Assembly: GCA_003228175.2 (NCBI GenBank)
Contig: QGNQ01000003.1
Coordinates: 28,360 to 92,359 of the forward strand
Length of the DNA stretch: 64,000 nt
Reading direction: 5' to 3'
Source of the DNA: Chloroflexota bacterium
Lineage (GTDB): Bacteria > Chloroflexota > Dehalococcoidia > Bin125
Shown: positions 1 to 9,115 of the stretch, piece by piece
Layout of the letters: each line of letters begins with the position of its first letter
Numbering within the stretch: position 1 is the stretch's first letter
Position numbers and translations under genes: made by a program
The notes under the pieces: generated by a model
Told to the model about the DNA's origin: nothing
Databases searched by the model: none
Seen by the model: only the letters and a program-made list of their open reading frames with translations

Positions 1-140
1 TGGACCGCGATACGGTGGGGCTGGTTGAGGCCGTGGGCCTCGTGATCGACGAGGTGCTGCCCGTGCGGGGGCTACCGCGCTTGCTGCCCGCGCGGTTGAT
101 CTGCGCCCGGGCGCCGCGAGGCGATGCGGATCGGGCCTGA
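1..140 (+). CDS. 3' end of a CDS, possibly a class I SAM-dependent methyltransferase (partial)
   Basis: Frame 3 is open from the window edge: DRDTVGLVEAVGLVIDEV...DADRA, TGA at 138-140. 'LDRDT..LVE..G' resembles methyltransferase C-termini. Confidence 0.4.
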   Translation, partial: DRDTVGLVEAVGLVIDEVLPVRGLPRLLPARLICARAPRGDADRA

Positions 141-170
141 GGCCAGGCGACCCCTCGCCGATGATCGTTC

Positions 171-929
171 ATGCGGAACTCGTTCCTGCAGCGTCTGCTG
201 CATGTACGCCGATTCGTGTGGGACCGCCGCCCACACCTCATCTGGCTGCTCGTCGCCGGCGTGATCGCCGTCGACCTGCCGTCGGGGGCGCTGCATGCGC
301 CGCTGACGATCGCGGCGGTGTTCCTGGCGGCCGGGTGGTCCCATGCGTTCCAGCGGCGACGGATGAATCATTCCTTGCGCTGGGCCCGGATCGAAATTGG
401 GAAGCTGCGCAATCGGTCCGACACGTTCGAGCGGGCCGCGACGATCGATCCGGTGACGGGGCTGGCCAACCGACAGGCGTTCTACTCGAAGCTGTCGGAG
501 ACACTCGCGAAGCCGTTGCATGGGGTTGAGGCCCCGGCGCTGCTGCTCATCGACCTGGACCGCTTCAAGGTAATCAACGACACGTACGGACACGCGGCGG
601 GCGACGCAGTGCTGATGCACATGGCGCGGGTGCTGCAAGAGGAAACACGACCAGCGGATCTGGTGGGGCGGCTGGGTGGGGACGAGTTCGGGGTGCTGCT
701 GCATCGGACGACGGCGGATGCGTTGCCGCGGATGCTGCAACGCATCCAGCGGGCGGCGGGCGCGCGTCCGCTGCACACGATGCGGAACGGCGTTGAGATC
801 TTCGGCTCGCTGAGCGTTGGCGGGGTGATGCTCTGGGAGTACCCCGACATTGACGCGGCGCTGATGGCGGCTGATCGCGGCCTCTACGCGGACAAGGAAC
901 GCCTGGGCGCAAACCCACGATCCGCGTAG
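171..929 (+). CDS. Membrane-anchored diguanylate cyclase (GGDEF)
   Basis: Two N-terminal hydrophobic segments; DPVTGLANR, DLDRFKVINDTYGHAAGD, I-site RPAD, intact RLGGDEF. Confidence 0.9.
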   Translation: MRNSFLQRLLHVRRFVWDRRPHLIWLLVAGVIAVDLPSGALHAPLTIAAVFLAAGWSHAFQRRRMNHSLRWARIEIGKLRNRSDTFERAATIDPVTGLANRQAFYSKLSETLAKPLHGVEAPALLLIDLDRFKVINDTYGHAAGDAVLMHMARVLQEETRPADLVGRLGGDEFGVLLHRTTADALPRMLQRIQRAAGARPLHTMRNGVEIFGSLSVGGVMLWEYPDIDAALMAADRGLYADKERLGANPRSA

Positions 930-933
930 GGAG

Positions 934-3597
934 CTAGGCCCGGCTCGGGCGAGCCGTGACCTTCAGCGGACGCGGCGCGGCGAGCGGGATGAGCGGCGGC
1001 GGCGCACTCCGATCGACGCGCAGCCGCTGCAAGCGCAGGGAGTTGGCCATCACGCTGAGGCTGGAGAGGGTCATGGCGAAGCCCGCGACAATCGGCTCCA
1101 GGAAGCCGCGGTCGCCGAAGAGCCACTCGAGCCCCCCCGGCACGGGACCAATGACCTGGAAGACCTGGTAGAAGAGCCCTGCCGCTACGGGGATCAGCAG
1201 CAGGTTGTATCCGAAGGCCCAGATCAGGTTCTGATGAATCGTGCGCAAGGTCGCGCGACTGACGGTGAGCGCCTGCGCAACACCGCGTGGGTCGTCACGC
1301 ATGAGGGTCACGCCGGCGGCTTCGATGGCGACATCCGTGCCGCCGCCCATGGCGATGCCCACGTCCGCTTGCGCGAGCGCCGGGGCGTCGTTGATGCCGT
1401 CGCCGACCATGGCGACGACGTGCCCCTGCGCCTGCAGCCCCGAGACGACAGCCGCCTTCTCGTGCGGTTGGACCTCTGCGATGGCTTCGTCCAGGCCGAG
1501 CGTCGCGCCGACCGCTCGCGCGGCCCGATGATCATCGCCGCTCAGCAGCACCGTGCGAAGCCCGGCATCCTGCAGACGCCGCACGGCCTCCGCGGCGGCG
1601 GGCTTGATCGTGTCGGCGAGGGCGAGGACGGCGACGACTTCCCCGTCGACGGCGACGTAGACAGGTGTCGCGCCTTGGGAGGCGAAACGCTCCACGTGGG
1701 GCGCGGCCCCGGCGAGATCGATACCAGCCGTTGCCATGAGGCGCGCGTTGCCGACCTGCACAAGGGCCCCGTCGACAGTGGCGTGAGCGCCCTGTCCAAC
1801 GACGGCCTGGAATCCGCCAGCCTGGGGAAGGCGAAGAGCGGCAGCGCGGGCGGCGTCCGTGACGGCTCGCGCCAGGGGATGTTCGGAGTCGCGCTCGACG
1901 GCGGCGGCGGCGGTGAGGACGGCGTCACGCGTCTGCCCCGAGAGCAGGGCGACATCGGTCAGGGCGGGGGCGCCGCGCGTAAGGGTGCCGGTTTTGTCGA
2001 AGATCACGGTATCGACGGCGGCGAGACGCTCGATGGATTCGGCGGAGCGGAAGAGCACGCCGAGTTCGGCCGCACGACCGCTACCCGCCATGATCGCCGT
2101 GGGGGTGGCGAGGCCGAGCGCGCAAGGGCAGGCGATGACGAGCACGGCGATGGCGTTGAGTGTCGCCAGGGTGAGGGAAGGCGAGGGTCCCAGCGCGAAC
2201 CAGAGCCCGAAGGAGGCAGTCGCGATCAGCAGGACGGCCGGCACGAAGACGGATGCGATGCGGTCGGCGAGGGCCTGGACAGGGGCCTTGGACGCCTGCG
2301 CCGACTCGACGAGGGCGATGATCCGGGCCAGCACGGTGTCCGCGCCCACCTGGGTGGCGCGGATGCGCAGGGATCCGCCGCCGTTGATCGTTGCGCCGAA
2401 TACGGGCTCGCCGGGCGCCTTGTCGACGGGCATGCTCTCGCCGGTCAGCATTGACTCATCGACGGTGGTGCGGCCATCGACCAACGTGCCATCGACGGGG
2501 ATCTGCTCGCCGGGCAGGACTCGCATGACGTCACCGACGGCAAGCTCGGAGACCAGCAGCTCGACCTCCTCACCGTCGCGGAGCACACGGGCGGTCTTGG
2601 GTCGCAGGTCCAGCAGACGCCGGATCGCGGCCGAGGTGCGTCCTTTGGCGCGCGCTTCCAGATAGCGGCCCAGAGAGACGAAGCCAATGATGATCAGGGC
2701 CGTCTCATAGAAGGTCTCGCGCTCCAGGCTGGCGTCCCGGAAGGGGCCTGGGGCGAACGTCGCGACGATGCTGTAGGTCATCGCGGCGGAGGTACCGAGC
2801 GCAATGAGGACGTTCATGTCGGCGCCGCCATGGCGAACCACGGTGAGGGCGGCGCGGATGATGCGACGGCCGCTGAAGGCGAAGACCGGCATGGCGACGA
2901 CGAAGAGCGTGAGAAAGAGGGCGTCCTTGTCGAAGTTGAGGTCCGCCCAGCGATTGATCTGCAGGGCGATGAACGCCGCCCAACCGAGGGCGAGCGCGGC
3001 GGCGGCATCGATCAGCAGGCTGCGACGTTCGGCCGCTTTGCGGCGCTCCTCGGCCTCTCCGGCATCCAGCGCCGTGTCGGTGTCGGAGAGGATCACTTCG
3101 TAGCCGACGGCGGCGACGGCGACAGCGAGCTTTTGCGGTGAGACGGCGCCGCTGACGAATCGCACGGTGGCGCGTTCGGTCGCGAGGTTGACCGTGGCCG
3201 ACTCGACGCCATCCAGGCGCGTGAGCGCCCCCTCAACTTTGGCGACGCAGGAAGCGCAGTGCATGCCGGCGAGCGCGAGCGTGACCTCATCGACTGGGAC
3301 GTTGTAGCCGGCCTGTGCGACGGCGGCCGTGAGTTCGGCCTGGTCTGGAGACGCGCCGGAGAAGCGCACGGTCGCGCGCTCCGTGGCGAGGTTGACGGCG
3401 GCCGAGTCGACGCCGGGGACCGCGGCCAGGGCCTTCTCCACACGGCCGACGCAAGCCGCGCAGTGCATGCCCGCGATCGGCAGATCCAGCGTGCAAGCGT
3501 CGCCCCGCTCGGACGCGGCACCCGGGTCAGGCTCCGGGGCGAAGCTCTCCGGCGGCGGTGATGTATCAAGCATGGGGAACAAGGTGGTGTCGGGCAC
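934..3597 (-). CDS. copA: Heavy-metal (Cu+-type, P1B-1) P-type ATPase
   Basis: Two HMA domains (GMHCAAC, GMHCASC), [25 protein letters not shown], plus YN and MxxSS transmembrane motifs. Confidence 0.92.
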   Translation of the reverse strand: MPDTTLFPMLDTSPPPESFAPEPDPGAASERGDACTLDLPIAGMHCAACVGRVEKALAAVPGVDSAAVNLATERATVRFSGASPDQAELTAAVAQAGYNVPVDEVTLALAGMHCASCVAKVEGALTRLDGVESATVNLATERATVRFVSGAVSPQKLAVAVAAVGYEVILSDTDTALDAGEAEERRKAAERRSLLIDAAAALALGWAAFIALQINRWADLNFDKDALFLTLFVVAMPVFAFSGRRIIRAALTVVRHGGADMNVLIALGTSAAMTYSIVATFAPGPFRDASLERETFYETALIIIGFVSLGRYLEARAKGRTSAAIRRLLDLRPKTARVLRDGEEVELLVSELAVGDVMRVLPGEQIPVDGTLVDGRTTVDESMLTGESMPVDKAPGEPVFGATINGGGSLRIRATQVGADTVLARIIALVESAQASKAPVQALADRIASVFVPAVLLIATASFGLWFALGPSPSLTLATLNAIAVLVIACPCALGLATPTAIMAGSGRAAELGVLFRSAESIERLAAVDTVIFDKTGTLTRGAPALTDVALLSGQTRDAVLTAAAAVERDSEHPLARAVTDAARAAALRLPQAGGFQAVVGQGAHATVDGALVQVGNARLMATAGIDLAGAAPHVERFASQGATPVYVAVDGEVVAVLALADTIKPAAAEAVRRLQDAGLRTVLLSGDDHRAARAVGATLGLDEAIAEVQPHEKAAVVSGLQAQGHVVAMVGDGINDAPALAQADVGIAMGGGTDVAIEAAGVTLMRDDPRGVAQALTVSRATLRTIHQNLIWAFGYNLLLIPVAAGLFYQVFQVIGPVPGGLEWLFGDRGFLEPIVAGFAMTLSSLSVMANSLRLQRLRVDRSAPPPLIPLAAPRPLKVTARPSRA

Positions 3598-3600
3598 CAG

Positions 3601-4053
3601 CTACTCGCTCTCGCCGGTCGCGGGCAGGGCCGCGGCCAGGGCCCGCTCGTGCAGGCCGCGCTCAATCACGGGGCAGTGGTAGTGGCCGGTGCTGCGCTCG
3701 CTCTGGAGGCGCGCGCCAGTCTCGGCGATTGTTCGGTCGAGGACATCGCGCAGAGCGACAGCCTCGGTGATCCAGCCGTCGATTTGATCGCGCTTGCTGC
3801 GCAGCAGTTGGAAAACGTGGTCGCAGTTGACCGCGTCGCCATCGGAGGCCTGGAGGATGTCGGCGATCTCCGAGAGCGAAAACCCGAGCGTCTTGGCCTT
3901 CGCGACGAAGTCGAGCCGGTCCCGGTCGGCGCCGCCGTAACGACGGTAGCCCGACGCTTCTCGGGCGGGCGCGGGCAGCAGGCCCGTGCTCTCGTAGTAG
4001 CGGATCGTCTTGGCGGGAATCCCGCTCCGCTTCGCGAGCTCGCCAATACGCAT
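3601..4053 (-). CDS. MerR-family heavy-metal-responsive transcriptional regulator
   Basis: Likely start ATG 4053 (MRIGELAKRSG..TIRYYE..GLL...SGYRRY) after a GGAGG RBS; C-terminal HYHCPVI; 3 nt upstream of copA. Confidence 0.88.
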   Translation of the reverse strand: MRIGELAKRSGIPAKTIRYYESTGLLPAPAREASGYRRYGGADRDRLDFVAKAKTLGFSLSEIADILQASDGDAVNCDHVFQLLRSKRDQIDGWITEAVALRDVLDRTIAETGARLQSERSTGHYHCPVIERGLHERALAAALPATGESE

Positions 4054-4077
4054 CGATCTGCCTCCATCCGTGCTCCT

Positions 4078-4109
4078 ACCGTAAACCCTCCCCTCGGCAG
4101 GAAGGTCAA
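4078..4109 (-). promoter_or_regulatory. MerR-type promoter/operator for the merR-copA operon
   Basis: The minus strand reads TTGACC-N20-TACGGT, with the dyad ACCTTCC-N8-GGAGGGT overlapping the -35 and spacer. It resembles CueR/ZntR-type long-spacer promoters. Confidence 0.75.
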
Positions 4110-4151
4110 ACCGGGCCCAGGCCTGAGGAGGCGCTCGATACACTTGCGCCC

Positions 4152-5405
4152 ATGCCACGCGTGCTGCTCCTGATCCCCAGCGCCAGCTATCGGGCGCACG
4201 ACTTCCTGGCGGCGGCGGGGCGGTTGGGGCTGGATGTTGCCGTGGCGTCGGACGTGGGCCAGCCGCTGAACGCCTTCCCGGAGCGATCGCTGACGGCCGA
4301 TTTCAGCGACGTGGAGGCCGGGGCCGCCACGATCGCGCGCTACGCGGACAGCTATCCGGTCGACGCGATCGTGCCGGTGGACGATGGCGGAACAGCGCTG
4401 GCGGCACGTGCATCGGAGCTGTTGCGGCTGCCCGCGAACGCGCCCACGGCGGTGGGCGCGACTCGCAACAAGGCGGAACTGCGTCAACTGCTGGCGGAGG
4501 CGGGGCTGCCCTCGCCGGCGTTTCGGGTGTGCGCGTTCAATGAGGACGCAGCGGCGGTTGCGACGGAGCTCTCGTTCCCGGTGGTGGTCAAGCCGCTGGC
4601 CCTGGCGGGCAGCCGGGGCGTGATGCGGGCGGACGATGCAGGCGCGTTCGTGGCGGTCGTCGAGCGGCTGCGGCGGATGCTGGAACAGCCGGCCACCGCG
4701 GCCGCCTGCGGGGCGACCGCCGACCGCTATCTGGTGGAGGGCTACCTGCCGGGAGACGAAGTCGCGCTGGAGGGGCTGCTGTTGGACGGGTCGTTGCAGG
4801 TGCTGGCGCTATTCGACAAGCCCGATCGCCTGGAGGGGCCGTTCTTCGAGGAAACGATCTACGTGACCCCTTCGCGACTGACGGCCGAGCGGCAGGCGGA
4901 GATTCGCGAGGTGTCGGCGCGGGCGGCATTGGCGTTGGGGCTGACGCGGGGACCGCTGCACGTGGAGTTGCGCCTGAATGACGCGGGCGCGTTCCCGATC
5001 GACATCGCCTCGCGGACGATCGGCGGACACTGCGCGCGATGTTTGCGATTCGACGTCGGCGAGGGGGCCGGCGCGGCAGCGTCGCTGGAAGAAATCGTGC
5101 TGCGACAGGCGGTCGGGCTGTCGCTGGAGCGGCTGGAGCGAGAGACGCCGGCGAGCGGTGTGATGATGATCCCGACGCCCGGCGCGGGGCGGCTGCATGC
5201 CGTGCACGGTCTGGAGGAGGCACGAGGGGTGCCGCTGGTGTCCGAGGTGACGATCGCGACGCCACTGGGGCACTTGTTCGTGCCGTTGCCGGAGGGCGGC
5301 GCCTACCCGGGGTTCATCTTCGCGCGGGCGGAAACGCCGGAGGCGGTGGTGGGGGCGCTGCGCGCGTCGCACGCCCGGCTGCGCTTCGAGCTGGAGCCCG
5401 TGTAA
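4152..5405 (+). CDS. ATP-grasp domain protein (peptide/amide ligase-like)
   Basis: RNKAELR, FPVVVKPLALAGSRGV, YLVEGYLPGDEVALEG, GPLHVELRL, IDIASRTIGG. Confidence 0.85.
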   Translation: MPRVLLLIPSASYRAHDFLAAAGRLGLDVAVASDVGQPLNAFPERSLTADFSDVEAGAATIARYADSYPVDAIVPVDDGGTALAARASELLRLPANAPTAVGATRNKAELRQLLAEAGLPSPAFRVCAFNEDAAAVATELSFPVVVKPLALAGSRGVMRADDAGAFVAVVERLRRMLEQPATAAACGATADRYLVEGYLPGDEVALEGLLLDGSLQVLALFDKPDRLEGPFFEETIYVTPSRLTAERQAEIREVSARAALALGLTRGPLHVELRLNDAGAFPIDIASRTIGGHCARCLRFDVGEGAGAAASLEEIVLRQAVGLSLERLERETPASGVMMIPTPGAGRLHAVHGLEEARGVPLVSEVTIATPLGHLFVPLPEGGAYPGFIFARAETPEAVVGALRASHARLRFELEPV

Positions 5406-5458
5406 GCGCGCTAGCTCTTGTCGGGCGCCGGTCGATGATCGCGGTAGGGAGTCGCGCG

Positions 5459-5926
5459 ATGCCTGCCAACGATTCGAACCCGCACGCATACGATGCCGGC
5501 ACGCCGGTGCAGGCGGTGATGAGCCGGGACGTGTTGTCTGTCGACGCGGACACCACGCTGGGTGCGGCACGGGAGCAGATGCGCCTGGCCGGCGTGCACC
5601 ACTTGCTGGTCTACGACCGCAGCCGACTGGTGGCGGTGATCTCCGACCGGGATTTGCTGGCGCATCTGAGCCCGCGTCTGGGCACGATGGCCGAGCAGCG
5701 GGACGACACGAGCACCCTGCTGCGTCGGGTGTTCCAGGCCGCGAGCTACCAGCCGGTCACGATCCCCTGCGGGGCGACGATCGCCGCGGCCGCCGCGATC
5801 TTGCTGCGGCACACGATCTCATGCGCGCCGGTCACGGACGCGCTGGGAGAAGTAGTCGGCGTGTTGACGTCGCGAGACCTGCTGGGGGCGCTCAGCCGCA
5901 TGGCGCCCGAGCGTCGCGCGAGCTAG
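5459..5926 (+). CDS. CBS-pair domain protein
   Basis: VQAVMSRDVLSV...HHLLVYD..LVAVISDRDLL and ISCAPVTD..GEVVGVLTSRDLL; AGGGA upstream of ATG 5459. Confidence 0.8.
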   Translation: MPANDSNPHAYDAGTPVQAVMSRDVLSVDADTTLGAAREQMRLAGVHHLLVYDRSRLVAVISDRDLLAHLSPRLGTMAEQRDDTSTLLRRVFQAASYQPVTIPCGATIAAAAAILLRHTISCAPVTDALGEVVGVLTSRDLLGALSRMAPERRAS

Positions 5927-5933
5927 CGAGCCG

Positions 5934-6713
5934 CTAGTCGGACGCCTGCGCCGCCAGCAGACGCGACTCAAAGGCGCGAGCGATGTCCGGCAGGGCCTCG
6001 CTGAGCACGCTGGAGTTGGCCTGTATGAGCTGCAGGGTGCCCAGCACGCGGCCGCGCGGGATCTGGTGCATTTGCAACTCGAACTCGAAGGGCAGACCAG
6101 AGATCTCGATGCTGATGAGCACGCCGAAGGCGACGCTGTCGGCGAGGAGGGCCTCGGCGTCAACGAGCTCGACGCTGGTCAGCGAGATCGAGGGGCCGTC
6201 CGGGTCCGCGCCGCCGAGCGAGCTCTCCATGGCGTCGGCGAAGCACTGCTCCAGCACGGTGGACTGCGTCAGCAGCTCCTGTGCGGCCAGGCGGCCGGCG
6301 CTGACGTCGAGGTCGCCTTCGTAAACCTCCACCTCGGAGCCAACCTGAAGGAACTCCAGGCCCCCACTCTGCTGGAAGTCGCGCTCGCGCTCGACGAGGG
6401 AATCGTTGTCGTCGCCCTCGCTGAAGGCCTCTGCCAGGGCGCGCAGGTCTCGGCATGACTCGGAGGCGAGGAAGTCGGAGTCGTCGTCGTCGTCGGAGCT
6501 GCTGCCGGAGTCGGTGTCTTCTTCGACCTCCCAGTCGCCATCGGGCAGATCGGCGAGTTGGAGCAGGCCGGCGGCGGCGATCGTCTCGGCGTCGGCGAGG
6601 CTCTCGGCGGCGGAGGGCCCGTCGTCGCCACCGCAAGCGGCGAGGGCGAGGGCGCCGAGGAGGAGGAGGGGGAGGAGCAGGAGGGATCGAGATTTCAGGA
6701 GGGTGGGTGGCAT
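5934..6713 (-). CDS. Hypothetical lipoprotein
   Basis: Hydrophobic signal peptide with lipobox LAAC-GG; acidic mature region. Confidence 0.75.
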   Translation of the reverse strand: MPPTLLKSRSLLLLPLLLLGALALAACGGDDGPSAAESLADAETIAAAGLLQLADLPDGDWEVEEDTDSGSSSDDDDDSDFLASESCRDLRALAEAFSEGDDNDSLVERERDFQQSGGLEFLQVGSEVEVYEGDLDVSAGRLAAQELLTQSTVLEQCFADAMESSLGGADPDGPSISLTSVELVDAEALLADSVAFGVLISIEISGLPFEFELQMHQIPRGRVLGTLQLIQANSSVLSEALPDIARAFESRLLAAQASD

Positions 6714-6797
6714 GGTCGGACCTTCCGGGTGCGGTCGAAGTGTTTCACGGGCAGGGGTTAGGCGGGAGAGGAGGGACCGACCACGGATCGCCAGTGC

Positions 6798-7748
6798 TCA
6801 GAAGACGATCACGCAGCGACCACGGGTGCCGCCGGCTTCGAGGCGGGCATGCGCGTCCGACGCCTTGGTAGGCGGGTAGGTGGCGGCGACACGGAGGGCG
6901 ATGCGGCCGTCCTCGGTGAGGCGGCGGAGTTCGTCCAGCAGGTCGGCGCGATGGTCGTAGGTGGTGACCATGGTTCGATGGAAGGCGATCTCGCGCTCGC
7001 CGGTGCCGCGCCAGCCACGCACGGAGACGAATGCGCCGCCGTCGCGGAGGGCGCCAACGGCGAGTTCGTTCTGGACGGCGCCGTCGGCGAGGGCATCGAC
7101 GCCGTCGGGCGCGACCTTGCGGATCTGGGCCGCGATATCGTCGCCGCGTGGCACGACGATATCGGCCCCGAGGTCGCGGACGAGGGCTTCATCGGCGGGA
7201 GAGGCGTCGGCGATGACGCGCACGCCAGCGACCTTGGCGAGTTGCACGACGTAGCCGCCGTAGCAGCCGGCGGCGCCGGTCACGGCGATGGTCTGGCCCG
7301 GCTGCAGGGTGAGCTGGTCGAGCGAGAGCCTGGCCGTGAGGCCGTTCATGGGCAGTGCGGACGCTTCCGGGTGGGTCGCGCCGGCGGGCGCGCGCGCGAC
7401 GGAGTCCGCGGCGAGGACGATGCTCTGTCGGTATGCGCCATGGCTGCCGCTGGGGACGACCATGGCCATGACGGGATCCCCGATGGCGAGATCGGTCGTC
7501 GTGCCGGGGCCGATCTCGTCGATGACGCCGGCCGCGTCCATGCCGGGGATATAGGGCGGCGGGTCCTTGCGCAGCGTCTCCGCGCGGTCGCCGTTGCGAA
7601 CGAACGTGTCGGTTGGGTTGACGGCGGCGGCGTGGACCCGCAGTCGGACCTCGCCGGTCGCGGCGTGGACCTCCGGCAAGTCGACGACTTGCAGCGCTTC
7701 GGGGCCGCCGAACTCGATCACGCCTACGCCTTGTGTGGCACCTTGCAT
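6798..7748 (-). CDS. NADPH:quinone reductase-like MDR-family oxidoreductase
   Basis: FGGPEAL, AVNPTD, PGMDAAG, VTGAAGCYG; likely start ATG 7748. Confidence 0.85.
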   Translation of the reverse strand: MQGATQGVGVIEFGGPEALQVVDLPEVHAATGEVRLRVHAAAVNPTDTFVRNGDRAETLRKDPPPYIPGMDAAGVIDEIGPGTTTDLAIGDPVMAMVVPSGSHGAYRQSIVLAADSVARAPAGATHPEASALPMNGLTARLSLDQLTLQPGQTIAVTGAAGCYGGYVVQLAKVAGVRVIADASPADEALVRDLGADIVVPRGDDIAAQIRKVAPDGVDALADGAVQNELAVGALRDGGAFVSVRGWRGTGEREIAFHRTMVTTYDHRADLLDELRRLTEDGRIALRVAATYPPTKASDAHARLEAGGTRGRCVIVF

Positions 7749-7844
7749 GGGATCCTGCTTCCTTTTCGCCGGGGGGGGGCCGGCCCGATTGATCGTCGCT
7801 GCCGACAAGTGTGATTGATCGGAGGCGGACTCGCACGCCCGGGC

Positions 7845-7946
7845 TCAGCTCGTAGCGGGGATCGTGTCGTCTCCGCCGACGCAGGCAGCGAGGGCGACCG
7901 CGCCGATCAGGAAGACACCGAAGATCAGGAGGAGCCGTCGGGGCAT
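7845..7946 (-). pseudogene. 33-codon ORF consisting of little more than a lipoprotein signal peptide (remnant or mini-lipoprotein)
   Basis: MPRRLLLIFGVFLIGAVALAACVGGDDTIPATS then TGA; same LAAC-xGGDD style as other lipoproteins in the window. Confidence 0.5.
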
Positions 7947-8001
7947 GTGATTCTCGGGAGCCCCTGGAGGAAGGATCGCAGGGGGACGGTTGATACGACG
8001 C

Positions 8002-9105
8002 TCAGTCATCGTCTGATCGGGGAACGATCTCGATTCCAGGCGGGGCGATGTCCGCGCGCTGCCTGATCGCTTTCTCCGCCCTTGCCTTCAGCTCTTCAAC
8101 TGATACGTGCTCGCGCGGAACCCCCGCAGCATCAAGTTCACCCAAAAGGTCCTGGATGATCAGACTGGCTAGCCCTGGAGCCGTCGCAGTCACGATTTCG
8201 CGCGGGTGGTTGAGGCCAAACGGATAAATTCCTCGTCGAATTAGATCTTCAATCTCGTCAGGTGAAACGGTCTCGGACCGAATGTCTTGTTCCACGGCCG
8301 CTCCGAAGGGCGTACGGGGGCGCCGCTGTCGCGGAGCATCAGGCTCGACAACTCTCTCAAGCTCGCGGATCACTGCAACATGGCCGTTGAAGAGGTTCGT
8401 GACGTCGTCATAGTACGAAAGCGCATGAACAAGGAGGTACGACATAGCCTCGTACTGGCCGCGCCGCGGAGTGAGCTCGGCGAATAGTGTCGCCCACCAG
8501 TCGCCCATCGGCGTATTGCTGTCGACCGGGAATGCACGCATATCGGACAGAAGGAGCGAGAGCGTTTCGTGGAGATGACTGGGACGGGTCGATCCATCGG
8601 GCGCAACGTCGAGGAAAGCGCCGCTTCCGACCGCATCCGACAATGCCCCGATCTGAAGGCGGTCCCCAGTGACGTGGCGCATCAACCCCATAATAATCAG
8701 ATCGCGTTGGGCCTGAGAGACAGGAATCTGACTCGTGGGATCCGCTTTAGGATCCAACTGCAGGGATTCCCGTACCTCGGAGAGCATTGTGTGACGCGCG
8801 TGAGCGGAGTCATGGTATCGAGACACCATGTGGCTTAAGTTCGCCGTGAACTCACTGACAAGACGGCGGCGTCTCCGCGCCTCCGCTTCGGCACGCTCCC
8901 GCGAGCGACGTAGGTATTCGACCAGCCCGACTGTGACGTACGTGCCGAGGACGACACCGAACGCTTCGGTTGCGATATTCACGGAGGCATCATCACTCGG
9001 CCCGAGAAACGCGAGCAGGAGGAAGCCCGCAACGAGCACAGCAGCACCTGCTGTCCATAACTGGAACGTAGTGCTAGCGAGGACCGCTAGGAGGGAGTGC
9101 TTCAC
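8002..9105 (-). CDS. Hypothetical protein with two N-terminal TM helices
   Basis: 367-aa ORF, visibly more AT-rich than its neighbours; no motif recognised. Confidence 0.65.
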   Translation of the reverse strand: MKHSLLAVLASTTFQLWTAGAAVLVAGFLLLAFLGPSDDASVNIATEAFGVVLGTYVTVGLVEYLRRSRERAEAEARRRRRLVSEFTANLSHMVSRYHDSAHARHTMLSEVRESLQLDPKADPTSQIPVSQAQRDLIIMGLMRHVTGDRLQIGALSDAVGSGAFLDVAPDGSTRPSHLHETLSLLLSDMRAFPVDSNTPMGDWWATLFAELTPRRGQYEAMSYLLVHALSYYDDVTNLFNGHVAVIRELERVVEPDAPRQRRPRTPFGAAVEQDIRSETVSPDEIEDLIRRGIYPFGLNHPREIVTATAPGLASLIIQDLLGELDAAGVPREHVSVEELKARAEKAIRQRADIAPPGIEIVPRSDDD

Positions 9106-9115
9106 CTCACACCAA

